A program made the position numbers and the translations under genes. A stretch of DNA of 63,051 nt, filler included, from Octopus bimaculoides (taxonomy: Eukaryota): assembly GCF_001194135.2 (NCBI RefSeq). It is 7 parts of 7 records of this genome, joined end to end, with 100 filler letters (N's around TTAATTAATTAA, not from the genome) between each part and the next. Parts side by side here need not be neighbours in the genome. Positions count along the whole stretch, not along the records: positions 48,272 to 63,051 come from NC_069000.1; 6 more parts are not named here. The stretch is one strand, 5' to 3'. The notes under the pieces were generated by a model. The model was not told where the DNA came from and made no database searches. It saw only the letters and a program-made list of their open reading frames with translations. Of the stretch, positions 63,003-63,051 are shown piece after piece. The stretch's first letter is position 1; each line of letters starts with the position of its first letter.

Positions 63003-63051
<49 letters not shown>

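Overview
This is AT-rich, repeat-dense eukaryotic draft scaffold with many N-gaps. The SINE and RTE repeat families I recognise point to an octopus (coleoid cephalopod) genome; that assignment is from recognition, not a database search. There is no CRISPR array or rRNA. One host gene is well supported: four 3' exons (48715-55044, + strand) of an SLC16/monocarboxylate-transporter-like MFS protein, whose N-terminal half I could not locate. The rest is mostly tRNA-derived SINEs, RTE, CR1, R4/Dong and Penelope retroelement relics, Tc1/mariner, pogo-type and Merlin DNA elements, and microsatellites. The standout is a decayed but near-complete endogenous parvovirus (densovirus-like) genome on the minus strand at about 10650-13875. 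It has a VP gene (PLA2 motif, Gly-rich segment, capsid-like motifs) and an NS1 gene (HUH endonuclease plus SF3 helicase). Both are on the same strand in the order VP then NS1, each behind its own TATA/initiator, with no terminal hairpin between them. This is the reverse of the canonical monosense parvovirus order. Other notable items are Penelope-associated hammerhead ribozymes, a GIY-YIG domain carrying an in-frame insertion of about 170 codons, and an Arg-to-Glu change at the conserved TM8 position of the transporter. All homology calls come from manual translation and motif recognition. Repeat boundaries are approximate unless a TIR or TSD is quoted.
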